This document shows positions 50,745 to 60,599 of a DNA stretch of 64,000 nucleotides, piece after piece. Both the position numbers and the translations under genes were made by a program. Position 1 is the first letter of the stretch. Each line of letters opens with the position of its first letter. The stretch comes from Terriglobia bacterium (lineage in GTDB: Bacteria; Acidobacteriota; Terriglobia; 2-12-FULL-54-10). A model generated the notes under the pieces. It was not told the origin of the DNA and made no database searches. It saw only the letters and a list, made by a program, of their open reading frames with translations. The DNA is taken from positions 1,304,577 to 1,368,576 of the forward strand of contig CAXVYR010000003.1 in assembly GCA_963666975.2 (NCBI GenBank). Direction: 5' to 3'.

Positions 50745-51400
50745 GTAGCGCAGAGTTTGCGCTTTTCAAACTCTGCGGCCCTAGTCAGATTCGCGCCTGT
50801 GGATCCATAGGCAAGACCACCCGATCGATGACCAAGGCGGTGTTGGTTGCCATGGGCCCTGCGGCGCTCCCCGAATCATCATGTGCACTCGACCACGGCC
50901 AGTGCTCTGGGCGACTAACCAGCCCCGCCTTCACCGGGTTCCAATGAATATACTCCACCGTTTCGTGGTATTCCTTGGCGGTGCGCACGGCACGATCGAA
51001 AAAGCGTCCCTGCCACAGCAGCCCTAATTCCCCCCGGCCCCGGTTAATTCGCCGCGTCGAGCTTACCTTGATCGACTCCATCACGTCGGAGATAGTAAGA
51101 GGATGGTGTGGATACAAGATGGCGTGCCAGTGGTCGGGAAGGAAGACCCAGGCGGTGACCAGAAAGCCGTGTATCTTCCGGCGCGCGCTGATCGCCTGGG
51201 CCAAGCAGTCCAATTCGGATTCCGAGAGTATTCGCCGATTATGAAAGAGCCGACAGGTGACGAAGAAGAAACGATCCGACAATACGAGACGGCGCAAGCG
51301 CGACACGATACCGATTATAACCCCACGCCCTCAACCAAAGAGCAGAGAAAAAACCAAACTCTAGAGCCGCAGAGTTTGAAAAAACCAAACTCTGCGCTAC
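50745..51400 (-). mobile_element. RAYT locus flanked by inverted GTAG REPs
   Basis: GTAG-CGCAGAGTTTG..CAAACTCTGCG (50745-50779) and CGCAGAGTTTG..CAAACTCTGCG-CTAC (51366-51400). Confidence 0.9.
50785..51306 (-). CDS. REP-associated tyrosine transposase (Y1 HUH)
   Basis: FFVT, LPDHWH (HUH), WQ.RFFD, YIH.NPVKAGLV...WPWSS. Confidence 0.93.
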   Translation of the reverse strand: MSRLRRLVLSDRFFFVTCRLFHNRRILSESELDCLAQAISARRKIHGFLVTAWVFLPDHWHAILYPHHPLTISDVMESIKVSSTRRINRGRGELGLLWQGRFFDRAVRTAKEYHETVEYIHWNPVKAGLVSRPEHWPWSSAHDDSGSAAGPMATNTALVIDRVVLPMDPQARI

Positions 51401-51504
51401 AGAAAGCCTACAGTAAGCCCAAGATTCGGTTCCCTCGGAATCCTCGGAAGATTTCTCTGACCTCGACCTGTCAGCAACACATGCTGGCGAAGGGGATGAA
51501 AGGC

Positions 51505-51535
51505 AGTGATGAGTGATGAGTGACGAGTGACAAGT
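51505..51535. repeat. Heptamer tandem repeat (gtgatga/gtgacga/gtgacaa)
   Basis: Related arrays at about 28201-28220, 35584-35602, 35629-35659 and 42686-42748. Confidence 0.65.
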
Positions 51536-51666
51536 AAAGAAGGGAAGAGGGAAGACGGAATAGGAGTAAAAAGTAATTTTTACCAAACAAAGCCAAAAAG
51601 TCCTTCAGATACAACAAGAGCTGCGGCTACAAGTGGGTTTGAACTCTCACTCTTTACTGCCGCTCA

Positions 51667-52503
51667 TCACAGCGGGCGCAGCTCCCGGCCTACGGCATCC
51701 AAGAAAGAATCGATCTCGGAGAGCGGCTGGATGGCAATCCCTCCCCCGGCCAGTATCTGACGGCAACTTCGGACCAATGGAAAAGATGGGTCCCCGTCAG
51801 CCACAATCGCCGTCATGCGAGCCTCGGTGGTCTGGCGAATTCGCCAAAATGTGTAGCTCAACAGCTTCGACTGGTTCAGGTCGCGCTCCAGAGAGATGGC
51901 GTGGAGGTAGTTGGCGACGCCGTTCGGGCGGTAGCCGAAATCGATGCGAAAACCATCCCCGGCAGCGGTGAACTGTTCCACCGGAATATCCTTGTTCAGA
52001 AGGTCCCAGAGGGAGCGGCGCTCCAGGGCCTGGCGCAGACGCGCATGAATCCAGGGGCGGCTCCCTTCGCGCAACGGGCGTTTCTCCCCGGAGGCACGCG
52101 GTCTGGCGACATGCTCCAAAAACAGCCGCGCGAATTCCTCTTCCGGGTTGGCAGCGCGCACTCCCCGGGGAAGCGAAATGCGCAGCGCGCCGGAGTAGTT
52201 CTCCTGCATCCGGCGCAACTGTTCATAGAGACCCGCTCCGGCGGGGGTTCTCCCGGAGGCGGCCTCCTGGGCGGCGCATTCTCCCACCAGTTGGTCAAAA
52301 TATTCCGGCAAACTCTCCAGCAACCGAACGTCGGCCTGCGGATCGAGACACCGAAGCTGCCGCCAGTCGCGCGTCAAGGCGTGGCGGACCAGCCTTCCGG
52401 AGGCTTCAAACAAAAACAGGCCAATCGAGACACGGGTGTCTCGCAGCGCCGTGGGGGCGTACTCGACCAGGAAATATTCGCAATTTTTCAGATCGTCAGG
52501 CAT
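51667..52503 (-). CDS. DUF3037 domain protein
   Basis: Y.LVEY.P..LRD....IG..L, W..LRCLDP.AD..LL, IDFGYRPNG. Confidence 0.8.
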   Translation of the reverse strand: MPDDLKNCEYFLVEYAPTALRDTRVSIGLFLFEASGRLVRHALTRDWRQLRCLDPQADVRLLESLPEYFDQLVGECAAQEAASGRTPAGAGLYEQLRRMQENYSGALRISLPRGVRAANPEEEFARLFLEHVARPRASGEKRPLREGSRPWIHARLRQALERRSLWDLLNKDIPVEQFTAAGDGFRIDFGYRPNGVANYLHAISLERDLNQSKLLSYTFWRIRQTTEARMTAIVADGDPSFPLVRSCRQILAGGGIAIQPLSEIDSFLDAVGRELRPL

Positions 52504-52688
52504 TGTCGCTCCAGCCGGGAAAAGGCTGCCTGGCAGACTGCCAGCAGGCCCTCACAGTGTTGATTTTATTCAACAAAGACAGGGCTTTGGTAGTCTAAAA
52601 CACTCACCTGCGGCGGCAATTGAACACAATTCTGAACACAACTATTTGCCTAGGGCACTTGTGAGGAAGTAGGAAGGGGGAAGACAGC

Positions 52689-53135
52689 ATGAAACAGCAA
52701 AAGACCCTGGCCGGTGATAAGCACCGAAGAAACACCGGCAATCTGCGTCCACCTTGGAAGTCTGGGCAATCTGGAAACCCCGGGGGAAGGCCACCGAATT
52801 CCGTATGCTTGACCAGCCTGCTCCGAGAGGAAATGGAACAGCCGGTTCCAAAGGGCCTGCTGCGGAAGTTATACCTGAGAGAGGGGGCTACGTGGCGCGA
52901 TGCTGCGGTTCGGTCTCTCCTATTGCAATCTGCTAACGGCAACACTACGGCCATCAAGGAGTTGTTGGTGCGGCTGGACGGCAGAGTTCCTTACCCGGTC
53001 ATTGGCGCTGACGGGATGCCGCCGCCTGCCATCATCACAGTGGTCTATGATGATGACGGCTCAGGATTAGGAACAGGCGGTGGGCCGGTTCATAACATCC
53101 TGCCGATTGGCGACAATGGAAAAGAAAAGAAATGA
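52689..53135 (+). CDS. DUF5681-type phage protein (terminase small subunit-like)
   Basis: NLRPPWKSGQSGNPGGRP...A.G...AIKELL.RLDG. Confidence 0.75.
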   Translation: MKQQKTLAGDKHRRNTGNLRPPWKSGQSGNPGGRPPNSVCLTSLLREEMEQPVPKGLLRKLYLREGATWRDAAVRSLLLQSANGNTTAIKELLVRLDGRVPYPVIGADGMPPPAIITVVYDDDGSGLGTGGGPVHNILPIGDNGKEKK

Positions 53136-53265
53136 CCACGGCTCCTAATCCGGTTTATGAGGAACAGCGGAAGTGGGCTGTTCATCTCCCGCGACTCAAA
53201 AAGCATTCCAAGCTCGCACAATTTGACCGAAGCAAAGCCAAGCGCGAAATCTGCAAGCTCGGGCT
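53132..53265 (+). pseudogene. Possible truncated terminase large subunit N-terminus
   Basis: ATGA coupling with the DUF5681 gene; HLP...H..Q.F.RSKAKR.I resembles sequence preceding a terminase Walker A, then breaks off. Confidence 0.4.
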
Positions 53266-53327
53266 AGTCTACTGGAGACCCTTGTCAGCCGACGGTCGCT
53301 CAGGTTGTAGAGATCCTGCAATGAGGA

Positions 53328-55226
53328 TCAGAAGTTCGGAGCTTGGTAGGCGATCTTGCCTCCTAATACAGTCATCAGAGTCTTAATATTCATTAATTCC
53401 GGCTCGGGAATCGTGAAGTAATCTTTGTCGATGACCACAAAATCGGAGAGCTTGCCGGGCTCCAGAGAGCCCAGTCGGTCTCCCCGCAGCAAGATCTCCG
53501 CCGACCAGGTGGTCATCGCCCGCAACGCGGAAATGCGGTCAATCCTTTGCTCGGGACCCAAAGCTACCATCTCCGTCCGACGATCCCCACTACCAAATTC
53601 CCCCAGGGCCACTTCCACCACCGGCTGCACCCAAACTCCTATATGCGGCCAGATGGAGTCCCGGTATGGGAACCGTGCCGATAAACTATTGAGAAAGTTC
53701 TCCGCAACATCACTTACTTTGGAGATACCCACATCCGTACTGATGGCAAAGGGTATCCCCGCATCCACAAAACTCTTCGCCGGCGAAACCCAGGATTCAT
53801 ATCCCGGCTCAAAGAAACGGCGAACATTGTACAAGCTCTCACCAATTCGACTACCTTGAAAGTCCAACCTAAAGCCGTATTTTTTGATCAGAGGGATCTG
53901 ATCCTGGCGGATCCAAGTACCATGGTCAAAATTCCAGCCCTGTTGCCGGACATCTTCTAACGTTCGGGTTCCGTTTTGAATAGCTTGTTCGGCGAGTGCA
54001 AAGGCCCTGTCTAAAACCCTGTCACCTGTAAGCGCATGCACATCAAAGAGCCTTAGGCCAGCTTCTACGGCTGCCAGATGAGCCTGGTAATGTATCGACT
54101 CAGTAGGTATGCAGTCCGGAAAGGGTCCACGGAAGCGCTTTTGTAACTCCTCTGTTTTAGCTTTCGCTGACAGACAGTTCCCTGCGTAATCATTGTCCCA
54201 GGCCTCATAACCCACCCCTACATTCCACAGGAAATCGCTGCCTTGACCGAGAAAATTCCCCAATAGTCGATAAAACTCCACAGGGTCTTTGGCTGCCCAG
54301 AAACCGGCATCATGGGACCAAGCGAGCCGCTGCGGCATTTTCCCTTGCCGATCCAGCATACTCCAAGCTTTGAAGACCTCGTGGATGACCTCTCCATGAG
54401 TGGCGATTGTTGTGACGCCGTAGTTTACGAAGTCTTGCATCTCCCGACTTATCAAGTCTGCCGCCAGAGTCGTCTTGTCCCTGAGCAAGATTCCCCACAC
54501 CACATCATATCCGACACGAGTTCCACTAGTGGCCTCGTAGCCGAGTATTTTGATCATCATCTCCCGGGCCTTGCTATTGGCAAAACTCCTACAACAGCCA
54601 CTTATTATCACCACCGGCGTGTCCGGAGCGATGCTATCCAAATCGGCCCGTCTGATCCTGGCCGGGTCGTTGCCCGGATATACTTGCCCACGTTGGAAGA
54701 ACTGTTGCAGCTCTCCCTGCATTCGATGAGGAATGCTGGCAATCACCCATTGGTCCTTTCCTTGCTTTTGAATCCGCCGTTGAATGACCAGCTCCAGGTT
54801 CCTCCGAACTTCCTCCAGATTCTCCCCATGGGCATAAGCCGGCTCCAGTTGTGGAAGGACCTGGCCGCCAAAATGCCACCAACCCCAGAGCTGAGGATGG
54901 GTGTGAACATCGATGAGGCCCGGGACCACTGTTCTTCCCTTCAGATCAATCATCTGGGTCTGCGGTCCCGCCAGTTCCCGAATCTCCCGGTCCGTCCCCA
55001 ACGTCCAAATCTGGTCCCCTCGGATGGCCATGGCTTGGTAGGTCGTCAGATTGTTGTCCATGGTAGCAATCTTCCCGTTGTACACAATCAGGGTGGGATA
55101 GACCGCTAACTTCTCTAAGGTGGACCTGGACTGGGATTGCGCCCGCAGGTTCTCCAAGGTTAACAAAGAGAATAAAATCAGCAGCAGACAAGTTAAAACG
55201 CAAGTAACGAAATGTGATTTTTTCAC
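53328..55226 (-). CDS. Secreted amidohydrolase (YtcJ-like, Amidohydro_3)
   Basis: Signal peptide, IDLKGRTVVPGLIDVHTH, GVTT, H..TGD, STD, GSLEPGKL.DFVV. Confidence 0.9.
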   Translation of the reverse strand: MKKSHFVTCVLTCLLLILFSLLTLENLRAQSQSRSTLEKLAVYPTLIVYNGKIATMDNNLTTYQAMAIRGDQIWTLGTDREIRELAGPQTQMIDLKGRTVVPGLIDVHTHPQLWGWWHFGGQVLPQLEPAYAHGENLEEVRRNLELVIQRRIQKQGKDQWVIASIPHRMQGELQQFFQRGQVYPGNDPARIRRADLDSIAPDTPVVIISGCCRSFANSKAREMMIKILGYEATSGTRVGYDVVWGILLRDKTTLAADLISREMQDFVNYGVTTIATHGEVIHEVFKAWSMLDRQGKMPQRLAWSHDAGFWAAKDPVEFYRLLGNFLGQGSDFLWNVGVGYEAWDNDYAGNCLSAKAKTEELQKRFRGPFPDCIPTESIHYQAHLAAVEAGLRLFDVHALTGDRVLDRAFALAEQAIQNGTRTLEDVRQQGWNFDHGTWIRQDQIPLIKKYGFRLDFQGSRIGESLYNVRRFFEPGYESWVSPAKSFVDAGIPFAISTDVGISKVSDVAENFLNSLSARFPYRDSIWPHIGVWVQPVVEVALGEFGSGDRRTEMVALGPEQRIDRISALRAMTTWSAEILLRGDRLGSLEPGKLSDFVVIDKDYFTIPEPELMNIKTLMTVLGGKIAYQAPNF

Positions 55227-55368
55227 GGCGCGTCTTCCTCAACTAGTTGTGTGATATACGGCCTTCCGATTAACGAATAAGGTAGCAAAACGAGATAGTA
55301 AAAGCTTTTCGGTGCCCTGACAGAATGACGTTTCTCTCGGGCAACTTACATGCTAACCTGTTGGTGAG

Positions 55369-57210
55369 TTAGTAATTAGGTGCTCTGAAGACTACTCCCC
55401 CCCCAATTACCGTCATCAGAGTCTTAATATTCATCAGTTCTGGCTCAGGAATCGTGAAGTAATCCCTATCCAACACGATAAAGTCGGCGAGCTTGCCCGG
55501 CTCCAATGATCCAAGTCGATCCCACCGGAGCAGGTACTGTGCGCCTCCGTTTGTCCAGCCTCGCAACGCCGTAATGCGGTCGATTCTTTCCTCCGGGACC
55601 CATACCCTTCCGTTCAGTTCCCGCGTCACCCACCAGCCCACCCACGGCCAAACGGAATCGCGATAGGGAAATCCCTGCGCTAAGTCGTTCCAAAACCGCT
55701 CCCCTTTGCCCGGAAGCGTACCGACGTGAGTATCAGTTGAAAAAACTACTCGGGCGCCCGCGTCGATTAGACTTTTAAGTGGTCCCCTCCACTTCAAATA
55801 GTCTGGGCCCCACAGATTCTCAACGTCCTCCCATCCCGCAAGCCCCGCTGATCGTGAGTAATGGCACGGTTGAAAATTCAACCAAAATCCGTATTTCACT
55901 AAGTTGGGAATTTGATCTGGCCGAATCCACATATTGTGAGCAAAGCTCCATCCGGGATCGCGAATGTTCTCAAGGGTGGTTGCTCCTGAAAGAATCAACT
56001 CATCCGCGAGAGCAAAAGCCCGCTCGTAAAGGAGGTCTCCCGTCAGACCGTGCAGCTCGGCCAGACGCAAGCCCGCTTTTGCCGCAGCCAAATGGCCTTG
56101 GTAGCTCACCGACTCTCTCGGAATGCACAGATTGTACCTTAACCGATCTTCTACCTGCTGGGCCGTCTCATTCTTTCGCTTGGCGGATAGGCAATCTCCA
56201 AATGCATCCCAAATCTCCCAGCCAACTCCAAAGTTCCACAGATAGTCGCTGCCTTGGCCAGCAAAATTGCCAAGAAGACGATAGAATTCCGCCGGATCCT
56301 TGCCAAAAAATCCAGTTTCGTGTGTCCAGGCAACGCGCTGCGGCAGGGTACCCTTCTGGTCCATCATGTTGAAAGCATTGAAGACTTCCACGTTCATTTC
56401 ACCGTGCGTCGCAATCGTAGTAACACCATACTCGACAAATTCCCTCATTTCACGGCTTATCAGGTCGGCCGCCTTTTCAGTCTGCCCAGCCAGAATAATG
56501 CCGTAAGTGGTGTCGTATTCCACACGAACGCTCGTCTGCTCATAACCCAGCTTCTCAATCATGATTTCTTTCGCCTTGGTGTTGCCGAAAGCCCGGCAAC
56601 ACCCCGATATCACGACGACTGGTGTGTCGGGCGCGATCTCGTCCATGATGCTGCGGGTGATACCGCCAGGAGCTGGTGTATAGTCTTCGTTTTGGGGGAG
56701 CAGTTGGGTTTCGAACTTGTGCGGCACAACGGTGTAGATCCACTTGTCCTCTCCCCGTTGCTGGATGCGCGCTTTCAATGCCGGCGCGTAGTTCTCCACT
56801 ACCTCCTCTGGAGTCTCCCCATCCACATACACGGGCTCCAATTGCGGGTCAATGTCCCCCCCATGATGCCACAGAGCCCACATCTGCGGGTGAGTGTGCA
56901 CATCAATAAGACCGGGCGTCACTGTCCGGCCTTTTAGGTCAATCAATTGTGTTTGCGGCCCGGCCAGTTCTTTGATCTCTTGGTCTGTACCTAACCTCCA
57001 AATCTTGTCTTCCCGAATAGCCATGGCTTGATAAAAGGTCAGGTTCTGGTCCATCGTCGCAATCTTTCCGTTGTACACAATCAGGCTCGGGTAGACCGCT
57101 ACCTTCTCCAAGGTAGCCGTGGACGGGGATTGAGCCTGGAGGGTCCGCAACGTCAACAGCGAGACTGTAATAAGTAGCAGACAAGTGGTAACTAAATTTG
57201 ATTTCTTCAT
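55369..57210 (-). CDS. Secreted amidohydrolase (YtcJ-like), paralog of 53328-55226
   Basis: Same motifs; visibly similar along the full length. Confidence 0.9.
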   Translation of the reverse strand: MKKSNLVTTCLLLITVSLLTLRTLQAQSPSTATLEKVAVYPSLIVYNGKIATMDQNLTFYQAMAIREDKIWRLGTDQEIKELAGPQTQLIDLKGRTVTPGLIDVHTHPQMWALWHHGGDIDPQLEPVYVDGETPEEVVENYAPALKARIQQRGEDKWIYTVVPHKFETQLLPQNEDYTPAPGGITRSIMDEIAPDTPVVVISGCCRAFGNTKAKEIMIEKLGYEQTSVRVEYDTTYGIILAGQTEKAADLISREMREFVEYGVTTIATHGEMNVEVFNAFNMMDQKGTLPQRVAWTHETGFFGKDPAEFYRLLGNFAGQGSDYLWNFGVGWEIWDAFGDCLSAKRKNETAQQVEDRLRYNLCIPRESVSYQGHLAAAKAGLRLAELHGLTGDLLYERAFALADELILSGATTLENIRDPGWSFAHNMWIRPDQIPNLVKYGFWLNFQPCHYSRSAGLAGWEDVENLWGPDYLKWRGPLKSLIDAGARVVFSTDTHVGTLPGKGERFWNDLAQGFPYRDSVWPWVGWWVTRELNGRVWVPEERIDRITALRGWTNGGAQYLLRWDRLGSLEPGKLADFIVLDRDYFTIPEPELMNIKTLMTVIGGGVVFRAPNY

Positions 57211-57323
57211 GTTATGTTTCTCCTGAATTACCTTGGGTGATATATGCCCTTGCGTTAGCGAGCGAGGTAGATAGTTGGAAGCTCAAAACATTCCAGCGAA
57301 CAACCGGAGCCTCGGCGCTGGAG

Positions 57324-60300
57324 CTAGAAGGTGAACTTCAACCCCAACTGGATCTGGCGCGAGGTGGTACCCGTGAAGCTAACTCGTCCTGCTATCGGGT
57401 TTACAACTCCACTGGCGGAGTTAAAGACATTAGGGTCTGGTTCGAAAAAGTTCGGGTGGTTAAAGATATTGAAGAACTCCGCCCGAAACTCTAAGTTTTT
57501 GTTCTCTCCCCAACGGGTATGCTTTATCAGCGAGAAGTCAAAGTTGGTCAATCCTGGCCCGATGATTGTGTTGCGCCCGGCGTTCCCAAAAACCCCCTGA
57601 GGCTGGAGTTCCCAGGAGCAGGGATCATACCATCGGGCGGGATCGCGTAGCTTTTGACCGGCTGGCACCCCCGCGCAGCCGGCAGTGACGCCGCTCGTTG
57701 GGTTACTGTTCCGACCCGCGATCAAATCTGGTCGGACCGCGTTGATGGTACCCGCCCACAAACCGGCAGCCCGGTCAAAGAACAGAGTGGGCGAAGTCGG
57801 CAGACCAGAATTAAAGGTGACAATTCCGGAAACCCCCCACCCGCCGAGCAGTTTCCCCGCCACCCCTGTCAAATCCCGTCCAATGGGCAACTCATAGGAG
57901 TAACTGGCGTTGAAGACATGCCGCCGGTCAAAATCGGAGAGGCCGCGTTCGCAAATCCTGCAATCCGCAATTTGAATATCCTGCTTTCGGTTTCCACCCG
58001 ATTCTCCAATCCGGATGCTGGAGAAATCGTCAATGGACTTGGACCATGTGTAGTTGAGCGTCATCATGAAACCGCGGCGCAACCTCTTGTTTAGAGACAT
58101 CTGCAAAGAGCTGTAGCTGGAATTGCCCTCAAAGAACCGCAGCCCGAGATTGCCAAAATTGGGATTGCGGCGTTGGCGAAAATTCTCCGGCAGGACACCC
58201 AACCTTCCATTCGGCAAAACGGTAGTTGGAGCGTAATTAGCATCTCTCCCCAATCCCAGGTGGCGCCCTAGAGAGCCTACGTAAGCCATCTGGAAAGCCA
58301 TTTCTCCCGGCAATTGCCGCTGGATGGTCAGGTTATATTGCATCACACTGGGGGATGCGGTGGTATTGTAATCGGTCGGTTGGTTCGTTCCAAAAACCGT
58401 GGTGGTTGGAAGTCCTCCCGCAAAAGGATCGGGGAAGCTAGGAAAAAACAAAGTCACATTCCGCAGCAAGGGTGGCGCGTCAACCCAGAAGGTAAAGAGA
58501 TGCGCCAGCATGGGTTCATAAGACATGCCAAAACCGCCCCGTACGGCTGTTTTTCCGTTGCCCGAAACGTCCCAGGCGAATCCGAACCGCGGAGCTATGT
58601 TTCTGAGCGTGGGATTGTTACGGAAGGGACTTCTCACCAAACTAAAGCCGGTGTCGTGCACCGGATCCGCGGCCACCCCGAACTGCCCATCCAGACGTTT
58701 ATTGGCGTTCGTGGCCTGAGTGATCGGCTCGTACCGCAGCCCCAGGTTCAAGGTGAGCCTGGAGTTCACCCGCCAATCATCCTGGGCGTAGAAGGCATAC
58801 AACCACTGCCGCCAATAGGCACTGGGGTCCGCCCCCGGCAAGGCACCAATAAATATCAGCGGCTTGCCCTCGAGAAAAGGATCCATATGCGTAAATATGT
58901 GAAATCCTGTGACCTGATATTCGTAAAAGAAGAAGTCTCGGAATCGCTCAACGAGCCCTCCAAACTTGAGGGTGTGTGAGCCTCGGCTAATGGTAACATC
59001 GTCACTGTATTGGAAGGAATTTCGAAGAGTGACGCTGTTATTGGCCCAAGACCCCGTTCCCAGGTAACTCAAACCTCCTGTATCGATTAGCCCAACCCGC
59101 TTGTAGCTCGGATGAAACCGCATGAACTCTGGTTCTTCAGCCGCAAGTCCTACATGCCCAGTGCGTGTGTAACCAACCCGCGCAGTATTCAGCATTGTCG
59201 GGGAGACAATTGCTGTCCATTGCAGAGTTGAGAAGTAGCTAGCGCTGTTGGCGGATTTCGGGAAGCCAAGAACCGGTGACGAATTAAACGGAGACGTCAT
59301 GTGTGCCCGGTCCTGGGTGTAGCGTCCGAAGATGCTGTGCTTTTGGGAGATTTGATGGTCAAGCCGGACCTGCCAAAAATTCTGTCCGGTAGGCTGAGTT
59401 GCCGTACTGACGTGCTCTTGGATACCACCCCCGATCAAAGGCCCATTCGGTTCCGCCGGATACAGATCCAGGAAGGGATCCATCACTTCGTGGTTCACGG
59501 TTACTGTTCTAAATGATCCGTCCCTTTCCCTCAGGATCCCCTGCTGCCGGGCCTCTTTCGAAGGCACAAAGGCCAAGTTGGTTACTCCAAAGCGGTCTCG
59601 TAAGCCCTCATAAACACCAAAGAAAAAGGTTCGGTCCGGCGCGATCGGTCCGCCTATCGAAGCGCCAAATTGGTTCCGCCTGAAGGGCGGAATGGGATCC
59701 TCTGCCCTATCGAAGAAGTTCTTCGCGTCCAGGGCGCTGTTTCGCAGGAACTCGAAAGCCGAACCATGGATCTCGTTGGTCCCGCTCCGCGTAACCACAT
59801 TGATGATCGCCCCGTTGGTCCTTCCATATTCGGCCTTGTAGTTATTTGTCAACAGCCGAAACTCCCGAATAGCATCCACCCCGAGATTCCGGCCTCCCAC
59901 ACCGGAGCCAGCACGATAGAAGAGACTATTTATACTGGTGCCGTCTAACAGCGTGATGCTCTGGGATGGCCGCGACCCGGCCGCCGAGAACCACATTGTA
60001 GATTGGGCAAAACCGGGAATACTTTGATCGCCGCCTATGGCGTTAAGCCGGGCCAAAAACACCCCCGGTTGCAGCAGAACCAACTGATCGAAACTACGGC
60101 CATTCAGTGGGATGTCTCGAATGGTTGTTCCTTCTACCAACGCGGTGACAGCAGAGCTAGTTGTCTCCACCACGGAGGCCTCCCCGGTCACCGTAACCGT
60201 TTCTGCTACGGCCCCTACCTGCAGAGTAAAATCCACCACCGCTTCCTGCCCCACCGCCAGCGTGATCCCAGTGTGCACCACGGTTCGGAAACCTGCGGAC

Positions 60301-60563
60301 TCGGCTCTCACTTCATAACTGCCTAGCCCTATCTGAAGAGTTGTGTATCGACCCTCGCTACTCGTGGTGACTATCCGTTCGATTCCTGTTTCCAGGCTTC
60401 TGGCTGTCACCATTGCTCCGGGAATGACAGCTCCTGTCGAATCGGAGACGGTCCCACTGATCGTTCCACCTGTACCTTGCCCCAGAACCTTACTGCCTGT
60501 AAGCACGATCAACACCACCACTAACCCCACACCCAAGAGTTGCTTAACCATTGTTCCCTCCAT
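57324..60563 (-). CDS. TonB-dependent receptor, Oar-like with carboxypeptidase regulatory-like N-terminal domain
   Basis: ISGTV.D.TGAVIPGA, IPLNGR, AEYGR..G..IN.VT.SGTN..HGS.FEF.RN..LDA.NFF, YAQDDW, LNLGLRYE, RQIQLGLKFTF. Confidence 0.93.
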   Translation of the reverse strand: MEGTMVKQLLGVGLVVVLIVLTGSKVLGQGTGGTISGTVSDSTGAVIPGAMVTARSLETGIERIVTTSSEGRYTTLQIGLGSYEVRAESAGFRTVVHTGITLAVGQEAVVDFTLQVGAVAETVTVTGEASVVETTSSAVTALVEGTTIRDIPLNGRSFDQLVLLQPGVFLARLNAIGGDQSIPGFAQSTMWFSAAGSRPSQSITLLDGTSINSLFYRAGSGVGGRNLGVDAIREFRLLTNNYKAEYGRTNGAIINVVTRSGTNEIHGSAFEFLRNSALDAKNFFDRAEDPIPPFRRNQFGASIGGPIAPDRTFFFGVYEGLRDRFGVTNLAFVPSKEARQQGILRERDGSFRTVTVNHEVMDPFLDLYPAEPNGPLIGGGIQEHVSTATQPTGQNFWQVRLDHQISQKHSIFGRYTQDRAHMTSPFNSSPVLGFPKSANSASYFSTLQWTAIVSPTMLNTARVGYTRTGHVGLAAEEPEFMRFHPSYKRVGLIDTGGLSYLGTGSWANNSVTLRNSFQYSDDVTISRGSHTLKFGGLVERFRDFFFYEYQVTGFHIFTHMDPFLEGKPLIFIGALPGADPSAYWRQWLYAFYAQDDWRVNSRLTLNLGLRYEPITQATNANKRLDGQFGVAADPVHDTGFSLVRSPFRNNPTLRNIAPRFGFAWDVSGNGKTAVRGGFGMSYEPMLAHLFTFWVDAPPLLRNVTLFFPSFPDPFAGGLPTTTVFGTNQPTDYNTTASPSVMQYNLTIQRQLPGEMAFQMAYVGSLGRHLGLGRDANYAPTTVLPNGRLGVLPENFRQRRNPNFGNLGLRFFEGNSSYSSLQMSLNKRLRRGFMMTLNYTWSKSIDDFSSIRIGESGGNRKQDIQIADCRICERGLSDFDRRHVFNASYSYELPIGRDLTGVAGKLLGGWGVSGIVTFNSGLPTSPTLFFDRAAGLWAGTINAVRPDLIAGRNSNPTSGVTAGCAGVPAGQKLRDPARWYDPCSWELQPQGVFGNAGRNTIIGPGLTNFDFSLIKHTRWGENKNLEFRAEFFNIFNHPNFFEPDPNVFNSASGVVNPIAGRVSFTGTTSRQIQLGLKFTF

Positions 60564-60599
60564 ATCTTTTGAGGTTTACATAATATAGTGACAATTAGA

